Shown here: in pieces, positions 1 to 8,132 of the stretch
Layout: each line of letters starts with the position of its first letter
Numbering within the stretch: the first letter of the stretch is position 1
DNA from: Nitrososphaeraceae archaeon
GTDB taxonomy: Archaea > Thermoproteota > Nitrososphaeria > Nitrososphaerales > Nitrososphaeraceae
Length of the DNA: 10,739 bases
Assembly: GCA_035250975.1 (NCBI GenBank)
Contig: DATFEP010000024.1
Span: forward strand, 1 to 10,739
Direction: 5' to 3'
Program-made: the position numbers and the translations under genes
Notes under the pieces: model-generated
The model's database searches: none
What the model saw: only the letters and a program-made list of their open reading frames with translations
Told to the model about the DNA's origin: nothing

Positions 1-648
1 GACTATTTCACCTCCAATATTGAATAGAAATTGCTTTCTAATTTTGGTATTATACAGATAAACAAATAATTTGATCCAATTGTATACATGCTGTAGATCA
101 CATTTTATACTATTCTTGGTACAAGGATAGTAATCATCAAAGGATTCTGTCCTATCTTTAAAATACTGCATTACTCTTTCGATAAGGCTCTTCTCTAAAG
201 GTGAATGTAATCTATGTTTCAGATTCAAAAAGTTACATGCGTGAGGATACCATGTACCTCCATCAGTGTAAACTGTATGTTTACCATACTTTGTTACAAG
301 CGATCTGATAAAATTCTCTGCTACAAACATGTTTCTCTCTTCAGAAATATAGATTCCAAGCACAGATCTGTAAACAGGTTCAATACAGATCCATAACCAA
401 AAATGTTGACAACCAATCTGAATTATAGTTTCATCTATGATGAATGCTGATATTCTTTTTCTCTTGTAAATCTGCAATGAACCAAATCGTTGAATCCACT
501 CCCAAATGGCAACATGGCTCCTACTTTGGCCCTTAAAAGGTTCCAGTGCTTTAGATGTATTTCTTAAACTTAAACCAAGAAAGTACAAATAAAGAGAATA
601 CATTACTATACAGGTGGATGTTCTATTTCTGACAAATCTTAATAACAT
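1..648 (-). CDS. IS6-family DDE transposase (intact frame, 216 codons visible, stop just outside the window)
   Basis: Hand translation from ATG 648: [35 protein letters not shown]...[12 protein letters not shown]...[11 protein letters not shown]...WLWICIEP...[10 protein letters not shown]...[23 protein letters not shown]...GGEIV. No internal stop. The D(ET), (T)D(GG) and (I)E(R) triad is present. Missing from the ORF track because it runs off the edge. Confidence 0.92.
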   Translation of the reverse strand, partial: MLLRFVRNRTSTCIVMYSLYLYFLGLSLRNTSKALEPFKGQSRSHVAIWEWIQRFGSLQIYKRKRISAFIIDETIIQIGCQHFWLWICIEPVYRSVLGIYISEERNMFVAENFIRSLVTKYGKHTVYTDGGTWYPHACNFLNLKHRLHSPLEKSLIERVMQYFKDRTESFDDYYPCTKNSIKCDLQHVYNWIKLFVYLYNTKIRKQFLFNIGGEIV

Positions 649-706
649 ATATATTGTTAGAATAGAACGTTCACAGCTATAGCTCTTTCCTTAGGTTAAC
701 AGGACC
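1..706 (-). mobile_element. IS6-family insertion sequence, left copy (about 16 bp of its downstream end lie outside the window; predicted length about 722 bp)
   Basis: Contains a DDE transposase ORF. The end at 690-706 reads GGTCCTGTTAACCTAAG on the minus strand and matches the opposite end of the second copy (GGTGTTGTTAATTTAAG, 10142-10158) at 13/17. GG-initiated IRs are typical of IS6. Position 1 aligns to 10158 of the right copy. Confidence 0.9.
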
Positions 707-757
707 TTTTCTACTTGTTAATATTATATATCTTAAGTTATTTACCCCTTTTGAAAA

Positions 758-817
758 TGATATCGTGATATCAATAAATAACAACATTTATATAATGATA
801 GCATGATATCACATCGT
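758..817 (+). promoter_or_regulatory. Archaeal promoter of the osmC-like gene with two palindromic operators
   Basis: TTTATATA TATA box at 787-794, ending 24 nt before ATG 818. TGATATC-GT-GATATCA at 758-773 and TGATAGC-AT-GATATCA at 796-811. Confidence 0.7.
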
Positions 818-1420
818 ATGAATCAAATAAATAAACAACAAAAAAACGAACAAAAAAAAATTGAACAAAAAGAACAAATCGTAAATGGAGTCAATGTGTC
901 AAAGCTCTTTGATACAGTTGGAGTAATAAAGGAAAAACCTGATATTGCAAAATTCAATTTCCAAGCAAAAGGTAAATGGATTGATGGAGCACATGGTCGT
1001 ACAAGTATTAATGACTTTTATGGAGCATGTCAGACATTCAAAAGAAGTGAACCCTTTGTCTTTGAAAAAGATGAACCACCAGTATTGTTAGGAGAAGATC
1101 ATGGTGCAAACCCTGTTGAATATGTATTAGCAGCACTTGATGGCTGTTTAACAACAAGTCTTATTTATCATGCAGCAGCAAAGGGAATAAAAATAGATGA
1201 AGTAGAAACATCCTTTTCTGGTGACCTTGACTTACATGGCTTTCTTGGATTGGATGAAAATACAAGAAATGGATATGAAAAGATAAAAGTGGAATTTAAA
1301 ATCAAAGCTGATGCACCAAAAGAAAAACTACAGGAATTAGTACAACTTGCACAAAAGAGATCACCAGTATTTGATATTGTTTCACATCCAACTCCAGTAG
1401 AAGTTAGTTTGAAAGAATGA
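818..1420 (+). CDS. OsmC/Ohr-family protein, long subtype with second canonical Cys replaced by Ser
   Basis: Motifs DEPPVLLGEDHGANPVEYVLAALDGCLTT, GDLDLHGFLGL, GYEKIKVEFKI and AQKRSPVFDIV. The frame is open from ATG 803. ATG 818 is preferred from TATA spacing and because 803 lies inside an operator palindrome. Confidence 0.9.
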   Translation: MNQINKQQKNEQKKIEQKEQIVNGVNVSKLFDTVGVIKEKPDIAKFNFQAKGKWIDGAHGRTSINDFYGACQTFKRSEPFVFEKDEPPVLLGEDHGANPVEYVLAALDGCLTTSLIYHAAAKGIKIDEVETSFSGDLDLHGFLGLDENTRNGYEKIKVEFKIKADAPKEKLQELVQLAQKRSPVFDIVSHPTPVEVSLKE

Positions 1421-1681
1421 AAATTTATTAAAGTATTGGATCCCAAAAAATTTTTAATTATATCCAATATATTTTTTGTCACTATACTTTTCATAAAATA
1501 TCGTGTTTTGATTAATATTAATAGTAGTTAGATTTGATTAATGGAAATTAAAAAAAGATATAAAAAAAAGTAACTATAATTTGTTAAAGTGATATTTAAA
1601 ATAAATACCATATTCTAAAAAATTACTTTTAATTGCATTTAAATTACAAAATTGAATTCATGATACAGTTAATAATTATAA

Positions 1682-2680
1682 TTAATTGGATAAAAATTCT
1701 TTAGCCTCAAAAAATCCTGTAAGATCTTTTGATAGATGGTCACAAAATATTCCTAGCATTTCAAAGTCAATTGTTGAAAATTTCTTACGACTGAATATAG
1801 CCAAGACTGCAATTGCTTCCTGTTTGTATAAAAGAGGATATGCTGCAAAGGACAATAACTTTTCTTTTTTAACCCATTCTGGATGTCTTGTTAAAGGATC
1901 ATGAGGTAAATCATTCGTAACAAATGGTTTTTTCTTTTTGATAGCAGGTCCCAGTTGTAGTGAATCGTGAAGAGAAACTTTTGAAAATTCGCCATCAATT
2001 CTTGTATATTTTCCAGCACTGAATCTTAAGATCAGATTTGTTTTATTCTTATCAACAAACCAGATTCTTGCAAAATATGCATTGAAATATTTTACTACAT
2101 ATTCTACAGTTTTTTGGAGACGATCATTGAGATTATCGTATTTCTTTAATGAATTTAGAATTTGAAATACTTTTGTCTTTCTTTCTATATCTTCCAGATT
2201 ATTATCATAAACAGAATAAGGCAATAGTTTTAAATTTATCGATTCATATGTTCTAAAATCACTAATTAGTTCACCAAAGCGATTAAGAAAATTTATTGAT
2301 TCAATCTCATATTGTTCAATAGAATCAAATATAAAATGACATACCCAATCAAAGTCGCCATTTAATTTACTTGCATAAATACAAAATAAAGATTCTTGGG
2401 CATATTCATTCAATAATTTAAGATTTTCAGAATTTTTAGAATACTTAAATTTCAAAAGAATTGTACGATTTGCTTTGTTATTTGTTATTAATTCAGGATT
2501 TAATATAGCTGAATAACCTAAGACAATCTTTTTCTTTACAAGCCCTGCAATTCTATTCCTGACGGTTCTATCAGTTATAGAAAAGCCTAAGTTATTCATT
2601 TGTTTTCTAATCTCAAGAGAAGATATCCTTGCATCTTTTACAAGATAAGAAAGAATTATCTTATCAATCTCATCTAACAC
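1682..2680 (-). CDS. Lrp/AsnC-family transcriptional regulator with C-terminal GAF domain
   Basis: N-terminal AsnC-type HTH (LDEIDKIILSYLVKDARIS...TVRNRIAGLVKKKIVLGYSAILNP), RAM-like middle domain (KLNGDFDWVCHFIFDSIE), and GAF domain (FARIWFVD...LILRFSAG...PFVTNDLPHDP...EKLLSFAAYPLLYKQEAIAVLAIFSRKKFS). GTG start. Confidence 0.88.
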   Translation of the reverse strand: MLDEIDKIILSYLVKDARISSLEIRKQMNNLGFSITDRTVRNRIAGLVKKKIVLGYSAILNPELITNNKANRTILLKFKYSKNSENLKLLNEYAQESLFCIYASKLNGDFDWVCHFIFDSIEQYEIESINFLNRFGELISDFRTYESINLKLLPYSVYDNNLEDIERKTKVFQILNSLKKYDNLNDRLQKTVEYVVKYFNAYFARIWFVDKNKTNLILRFSAGKYTRIDGEFSKVSLHDSLQLGPAIKKKKPFVTNDLPHDPLTRHPEWVKKEKLLSFAAYPLLYKQEAIAVLAIFSRKKFSTIDFEMLGIFCDHLSKDLTGFFEAKEFLSN

Positions 2681-2712
2681 ATATATCTAAAACAATAATC
2701 AATAATATATCA

Positions 2713-2802
2713 ATTTCCAACTTGGAAAAATTAAATGTTAATGGTTTAATAAAGCTATAAAATAATTTCCAAAATGGAAATATAATGAATTTTTGATTTC
2801 CA
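2713..2802. promoter_or_regulatory. Phased palindromic binding sites in the divergent promoter
   Basis: ATTTCCA-ACT-TGGAAAA at 2713-2729, ATTTCCA-AAA-TGGAAAT at 2765-2781 and half-site ATTTCCA at 2796-2802. Spacings are 52 and 31 bp. Confidence 0.7.
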
Positions 2803-2836
2803 TCCTAAATAATAATGATTCAGAGATACATATAGC

Positions 2837-3361
2837 ATGTATAATACAATACATCAAAATATTAAAAAAGAATATATCAATATTAAAAAATATTTTTGGA
2901 AAAATCAGCAATACATACTTTTGAATAGAAGTATATTTACTGGAATAATAGCAGCTGTTTTAATCTCTTCTTTAGCGTCTCATCTAACGAGAGATCTAGA
3001 ATATCATTTAAACACTAGTTTTACGATAGCAATAAGCTATATAACATATTATACAGTTTTTGGACTATTATATTATCATGATAACAAAGAAGAATATCTT
3101 TTAGAGAATGGAAAACTTGATACTAAAAAGTTAAGAAATATCTTGAAAATAATATTTTCTGTTGGTATTGCTGAATTAGTTTATGTAATAATAAGATGGA
3201 CAATGCACTTTTATCTTTTAACAATCGGATATGAATCTTATTTAACATCTATTATAGCTCATATTTCTTCAGCTATAATATTTGCTATTATTGTAAATCT
3301 AGGTGTCAAAGCAACAAAACTATTCAACAATAGATATGACCATAGAGATAGCAAAATCTAA
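2837..3361 (+). CDS. Small four-TM membrane protein, GtrA-like (conserved thaumarchaeal type)
   Basis: 174-aa ORF with four hydrophobic segments in two pairs, separated by a charged loop (YYHDNKEEYLLENGKLDTKKLR). Family assignment is by resemblance only. Confidence 0.7.
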   Translation: MYNTIHQNIKKEYINIKKYFWKNQQYILLNRSIFTGIIAAVLISSLASHLTRDLEYHLNTSFTIAISYITYYTVFGLLYYHDNKEEYLLENGKLDTKKLRNILKIIFSVGIAELVYVIIRWTMHFYLLTIGYESYLTSIIAHISSAIIFAIIVNLGVKATKLFNNRYDHRDSKI

Positions 3362-3554
3362 TATATAGTTAAATTTCTTATTTTTATGGTTGTTATATTT
3401 TTGTATCTAAGATAAAATAGTATTAGTACTATTGACTAATATAGATTACAATATAGTAAATTATAAAAACAATTATGAATAGTTCTAGCAAATAATATCA
3501 TATTTTGACAAGCTAATGATAATACTTATATTAATATTCTATATTATTATCTTA

Positions 3555-4640
3555 TTGAATCAACAATTAAAAAATAATGTCAATGAGTCCAAGATACAAG
3601 ACTTTATGAATAAAGCTATACAAGATATTGCTGGAAGCTCTACTGCTATGCTAGTCATTTTAGGAGAAAGACTTGGATTATATAAAGCGATGGCAGATGA
3701 AAACAAATACATTACGTTTCAAGAACTTGCAAAAAAGACAGGAACTAATGAAAGATTAGTTAAGGAATGGCTAGGAAATCAAGTCTCGGCTGGTTATATA
3801 GAATATGATCCTTCAACTGAACAATACTTTTTACCTCCTGAACATGCACTAGTATTATCTGATTCTAATAGTCCCATCTATATTCAAGGAATTTTTAAAG
3901 CAATAAAATCTTATTTTAAAGATGAAGAAGAATTCATAAAAATGTTCAAAGACGAAAGAACTTTCACTTGGATGGATCATCATCCTTGTATGGCAGATGG
4001 CTTTGCCGAATTCTTTAAAGCTGGATATATAGGTAACTTATTAAATTTATGGATACCATCAATAGAAAATGGAAAAATTCAAGAAAAACTCAAACAAGGA
4101 GGTATCAAAGTAGCAGATGTAGGCTCTGGCTACGGAATTAGTACAATACTTTTGGCAAAAGCTTTTCCAAATTCTAATTTTATAGGATTTGATTTTCATA
4201 AAGAATCAATTGAAAAAGCAACTAATCTTGCAAAACAAGAGAATTTAAAAAATGTAAAATTTGAGATAGCATCAGCATCAGATTTTCCAGGTACTAATTA
4301 TGATTTCATTACATTCTTTGACTGCCTTCATGATATGGGTGATCCTCAAGGTACATTGACTCATGTATTAGATGTCATAAATAAAGAAGAAGGAGTTTGT
4401 ATGATAGTTGAACCATATGCTAAAAATAAACTTGAAGATAATATAAATCCAATATCAGAGACATTCTATGCTGCCTCTACATTAATATGTGTACCTAATT
4501 CCTTAGCTTTTAACGGTCCAGCATTAGGAGCACAAGCAGGAGAAGAAAGAATTAGAGATATTGTGAAGAAAAGTGGTTTTAGACATTTTAAAAGAGCAAT
4601 AGACACACCTATAAATATTGTATATGAAATTAAGCCATAG
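3555..4640 (+). CDS. Class I SAM-dependent methyltransferase with N-terminal winged helix (Rv2258c-like)
   Basis: Motifs LGERLGLYKAM, ELAKKTGTNERLVKEWL, motif I VADVGSGYG, FIGFDFH, FFDCLHDMGDP and STLICVPNSLA...ALGAQAGE. The frame is open from ATG 3516, but TTG 3555 fits TTATATTA at 3526-3533 and removes an implausible AT-derived hydrophobic N-terminus. Confidence 0.92.
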   Translation: MNQQLKNNVNESKIQDFMNKAIQDIAGSSTAMLVILGERLGLYKAMADENKYITFQELAKKTGTNERLVKEWLGNQVSAGYIEYDPSTEQYFLPPEHALVLSDSNSPIYIQGIFKAIKSYFKDEEEFIKMFKDERTFTWMDHHPCMADGFAEFFKAGYIGNLLNLWIPSIENGKIQEKLKQGGIKVADVGSGYGISTILLAKAFPNSNFIGFDFHKESIEKATNLAKQENLKNVKFEIASASDFPGTNYDFITFFDCLHDMGDPQGTLTHVLDVINKEEGVCMIVEPYAKNKLEDNINPISETFYAASTLICVPNSLAFNGPALGAQAGEERIRDIVKKSGFRHFKRAIDTPINIVYEIKP

Positions 4641-4910
4641 ATATCTAATTTTTTAAAGGATAACTAACTATATTTTGCATATATTTTTTTTAATTAACTA
4701 CTTGAACAACAAATACATTTTCTTATTCTGAAGAAGATAATACTACCAAAAAAATTTTTATTGATTGAACACTGAAACCATCACTATTCAACTCCCGACG
4801 GGCAAGGTTCTTTCTAGGGCCAACTATATGCGATAAATATTATTTACGCATCATCTCCTTTAGAGACTAATATGTTTTTAGAGTTTAAAACCGATAAGAT
4901 ACACAAAATT

Positions 4911-5897
4911 CTAGTGTGTAGCTTAATTCTACTATATGATGATTTATTCACAAATTATTGTTACTAAAGTGATATGAATTTGTTATAGAACCTTATCTTT
5001 AGGGAAGTTTCTACTTTTTGCATACCAAATTTTCTTGATAGTAAATGTTCTCCCAGCACACGTTTTAATAATGAAAAGACAACCTCGGCAATCCATCTCT
5101 GTCCAGTATCTTTCAGTTTCTTATATTGGTCATATCCAATATTTTGAATCAGATATACCAGTTCATTTCTTGATTTACATTTTCTTGTTCTACCATTAGC
5201 ATTCTTTCTGATAGATATGACAGGTTCAATATGCATTTTATCTAGAAGATTAAAATTATTCGTACTGTCATATGCTTTATCTGCATATGTTTTTGCAATC
5301 TTCTAATGTTTGGAAATCTCTTTTATCATTGGTACAAATTTCTTGGTATCATGAACTGTACATTTAGTGACTCTAAACGAGACTATCTGTTTGGATTTTA
5401 CATCAATTGCAATATGTAGTTTGAGGTACTCTCTTCGTCCCTTCTTCATTTATCTTCAATATAATGACCTCTTTTTGATATTACAAGACCTGATGCATCA
5501 ACTACCAAGTTTACAGACTTGTCTTTGATATTATTGTCGTAGATATTTCTAAAATTAGTACACATTTTCTTGATACGTCTTCTTAATTGAGTAAAATGTA
5601 TTTCATATATTCTGATATATTCTGCTAATCCTCTTACAATTCCCTGTACGGTTCTGTATGAAATAGAGAATCCAATTTTCAGAAATGATAGAAATTGTAC
5701 ATAACTATCAGGATATAAAAATGGTCTGCCCACTTTCTTTTTGTTCATAGTTACTAGTTTCTCGTCTCTGTGATTTGATAAACCCAATATCCATCAAGAT
5801 ATGACGACGTTCTATTAGGGATTCATTATATGCAGACCAATTTCTTTTGGACACTAGAAGAATAACAAGATTGCAGGATAATAATGCTACAAACTAG
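4911..5897 (-). mobile_element. IS5-family insertion sequence (degenerate), bounded by imperfect IRs and CTAG at both ends
   Basis: 4911-4933 CTAGTGTGTAGCTTAATTCTACT matches the reverse complement of 5875-5897, CTAGTTTGTAGCATTATTATCCT, at 18/23. These ends enclose the transposase remnant. Confidence 0.75.
4964..5854 (-). pseudogene. IS5-family transposase pseudogene (two frameshifts, one nonsense)
   Basis: From GTG 5854: VSKRNWSAYNESLIERRHILMDIGF / frameshift near 5770 / MNKKKVGRPFLYPDS...VVDASGL...GHYIEDK(W) / 1-nt loss near 5446 / KKGRREYLKLHIAIDV...HDTKKF...KH*KIAKTYADKAYDS...GQRWIAEVVFSLLKRVLGE. DDE residues are recognisable. Confidence 0.9.
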
Positions 5898-6008
5898 TGT
5901 ATAACATACAATCCTAACAGAATGGTCAGGATTTCATTTATTTGGATTTTTCTAATCTACAACACAATTATTTTTATATAGGTTTTTTAGTACATTTATC
6001 AAGATTAA

Positions 6009-6241
6009 TTGCCAAAATATTTAGATTCTCATTTAAAGACAGAGGTAGATGAAGATATTTTAAAAACAGCCAAAGAGTTACCTAGAGATGAATATGGTGT
6101 AAAAGTTGACAAATTTTATACAACGTTGAAGCAGGGATAATTTTTTGTATGGTAGATGCACCCAATGAAGAAGCAATAATTAAACATCATGAAAAATATA
6201 ATGTAAAATGTGATAATATCTGGCAAATAAAAGAGATTTAA
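6009..6241 (+). pseudogene. DUF4242 / SCO4226-like (nickel-binding-type) small protein, frameshifted
   Basis: From TTG 6009: MPKYLDSHLKTEVDEDILKTAKELPRDEYGVKV, then a -1 shift near 6108-6110 to QILYNVEAGIIFCMVDAPNEEAIIKHHEKYNVKCDNIWQIKEI*. The FCxxDAPxxEAxxxHH motif is characteristic. TTTATATA at 5973-5980 lies upstream. Confidence 0.8.
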
Positions 6242-6361
6242 AAGATAGATCAGAGTAAGAAGTATATTTTTTTCTTTTAGTTAGTTAGTTAGTATTTTAT
6301 TTCTCAATTAACAAGTTATATTATATCTCTACCAAATCGTTTTAAAGCATTTTTAAATGTT

Positions 6362-6772
6362 TTAAAATTTGCCTTCTTTCTTAATTAAAAGAATAATTTT
6401 TTCCATTATTATATTATCAAAATTACTTTCCTCAAAATCCATGGTAAAAAAGAGGTAATAATTTTCATTGATTGGAATTATACATCTACTCATTTTTTCA
6501 TATCTCCTAAATGCATAGATTAATTTACCCATTTTTGATTCAAATTTTAATCTTGCTTTATGTCTAATTATTGAATTTTTTGCAAATTCGTTATTTTCTT
6601 CTTTGGTAAGGAGGCGCTTTAGCCCTTCTCTAACTCTTTCATTTAGAATAGTACCATTATGATTAGTTATTCCTACCCATCGTATAGACTTGTGGGATTT
6701 CAATATAATTTTGGTAAAATTGTAAAGGAAATTATTATTGTTATTATTATCATTAACATTTGACGACGACAT
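6362..6772 (-). CDS. Thaumarchaeal roadblock/LC7-like protein (DUF6659-type)
   Basis: Pattern IRWVGITNHNGTIL..REGLKRLLTKEE...FESKMGKLIYAFRRYEK...IPI...LFFTMD matches this expanded family by recognition. Confidence 0.7.
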   Translation of the reverse strand: MSSSNVNDNNNNNNFLYNFTKIILKSHKSIRWVGITNHNGTILNERVREGLKRLLTKEENNEFAKNSIIRHKARLKFESKMGKLIYAFRRYEKMSRCIIPINENYYLFFTMDFEESNFDNIIMEKIILLIKKEGKF

Positions 6773-6956
6773 ATACGTATAAGTATATTTGTATTAAATA
6801 AATTCTAATAGTACGAGGATTAATAATATAGTTTCTGTGAAAAAACGACCTTGTTTTCACTTCCTCTATTTTATCCTCAGTAACCCAATAATATTTCTGT
6901 CCTTGTCGTAAAAAAGAAATCCTTTATTCCCTTAGTTACTACTATATTGTATTGTT

Positions 6957-7345
6957 ATGGTAAGATTTATTGAAATGGACGAGAGAGTAAAATTTAAGGA
7001 TCAGATTGAAGAAAAAGAAAAAGAGGGCTCAGTGATTCTGATAAACAAATTCAATGTAGAACCAGATAAGGTTGAGCAGTTTTTAAAGGATTGGGCAGAG
7101 GATGCTACTAACTTTAAACAACAACCAGGATTTATTTCCACACAATTGCATAAAGGGATTGGAAAAAGTAGTGTATTCATTAATATGCAGTTTGGGAATC
7201 GATAGAGCATTATAAGGAAGCGGTTAACAAAATATTGTTTAGTTCTGAAACACAGTCGTCACTTTTAAAATATGATGATGATAGTTTAGTAGTTTCACCA
7301 CATTTATTCAAGAAGGTCCATGTTCGAGGAATATGTGTAGAGTAA
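6957..7345 (+). pseudogene. Antibiotic biosynthesis monooxygenase (ABM)-family protein, frameshifted
   Basis: VILINKFNVEPDKVEQFLKDW...FKQQPGFISTQLHKGIGKSSVFIN. One T is missing near 7184 (AAT-AT GCA GTT TGG). Restoring it gives YAVWESIEHYKEAV...VVSPHLFKKVHVRGICVE* ending at 7345. Confidence 0.88.
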
Positions 7346-7353
7346 TAATTATA

Positions 7354-7415
7354 AATATTATCCATTATACTACATGATTAGACTCTTATTTTTGCACCGC
7401 TATCGGTATTACTCC
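7354..7415. repeat. Dispersed ~62-bp direct repeat, copy 1
   Basis: Aligns with 8760-8820 at 49/62 by hand count, with the exact core ATTAGACTCTTATTTT at 7377-7392. Confidence 0.85.
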
Positions 7416-7638
7416 CTCCTTGGGCATATTAAGTTTCTATTCTTTTAAAGTATCCAAATCAATCTTATCAAGTTCTAATTATGAAATACTATTTTTAAAA
7501 ATAATTTAATATTTTATATAGATAAACAAAAGAAGAATATGATGATATTTATCACATAACAATTAAGCCGTTAACAATTCCATATACTTGCTGATTTCCA
7601 AAATATTTAGTAATACTATAATTTTTTGAAAATCAGAC

Positions 7639-7785
7639 ATGGGTGCTTTATACAAGGCTTGGTTAGGTTATTGGATAACTATAGATAAATTGGAACCTGA
7701 TAAGGAAATTTATTATGCGAAAGTAATACAAAAGTTACAGAGGGAATTGGGGTTAGAGGTTTCAGAGTTTGAGTGTTTAAGTTAA
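7639..7785 (+). CDS. Small hypothetical protein (48 aa; possibly 5'-truncated)
   Basis: MGALYKAWLGYWITIDKLEPDKEIYYAKVIQKLQRELGLEVSEFECLS*. More G-rich than its flanks, with an amphipathic helical pattern. Below the ORF-track cutoff. Confidence 0.55.
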   Translation: MGALYKAWLGYWITIDKLEPDKEIYYAKVIQKLQRELGLEVSEFECLS

Positions 7786-7832
7786 CAAAGATTAGAAACA
7801 TAGAATACCAATACACATCAAAGCTAAAAAAA

Positions 7833-8132
7833 TTAGGGACTTGTAAATATTTTCAGTTGCATCCTTTCTCTCCATTCTTTAGATGAAATCATCTTTTTTT
7901 CTTCCAATAATTCAACAGCTGAGGATATCATGTATTCAAGAACATCCAGATTATATTTATAGTCATTACATGCATGTTTGTCAGAATTTGTCTTGTAACT
8001 GTTTAGAAGAATAGAGGAAATGACAATATTTTGGATTCATTCTGATTCAGTATTTCCTAACCAAGCCAGATCTTTATCGATAATTTCCCAGACTCCTTTT
8101 GGAAATGATAATTTTAGATCCTTGGTATCCAT
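7833..8132 (-). pseudogene. CopG/ribbon-helix-helix-like regulator with internal TGA
   Basis: 100-codon frame MDTKDLKLSFPKGVWEIIDKDLAWLGNTESE*IQNIVISSILL...LDVLEYMISSAVELLEEKKMISSKEWRERMQLKIFTSP*. The only internal stop is codon 32 (8037-8039). The alternating beta strand, helix, G-x-T-x-S-E turn and helix fit the RHH pattern. Confidence 0.65.

Noticed and set aside
214-396. 60-aa plus-strand ORF
   Set aside because: Antisense shadow of the intact IS6 transposase.
1168-1494. 108-aa minus-strand ORF
   Set aside because: Antisense to the OsmC-family gene, with no recognisable features.
1686-1904. 72-aa plus-strand ORF
   Set aside because: Antisense shadow of the GAF domain.
3516-3554. Signal peptide or TM anchor on the methyltransferase (MIILILIFYIIIL)
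   Set aside because: Probably translated AT-rich promoter sequence; it contains the TATA-like box for TTG 3555.
6277-6292. (TTAG)x4 microsatellite
   Set aside because: Short low-complexity tract between convergent genes with no supportable function.
7001-7210. 69-aa minus-strand ORF
   Set aside because: Antisense to the ABM gene.
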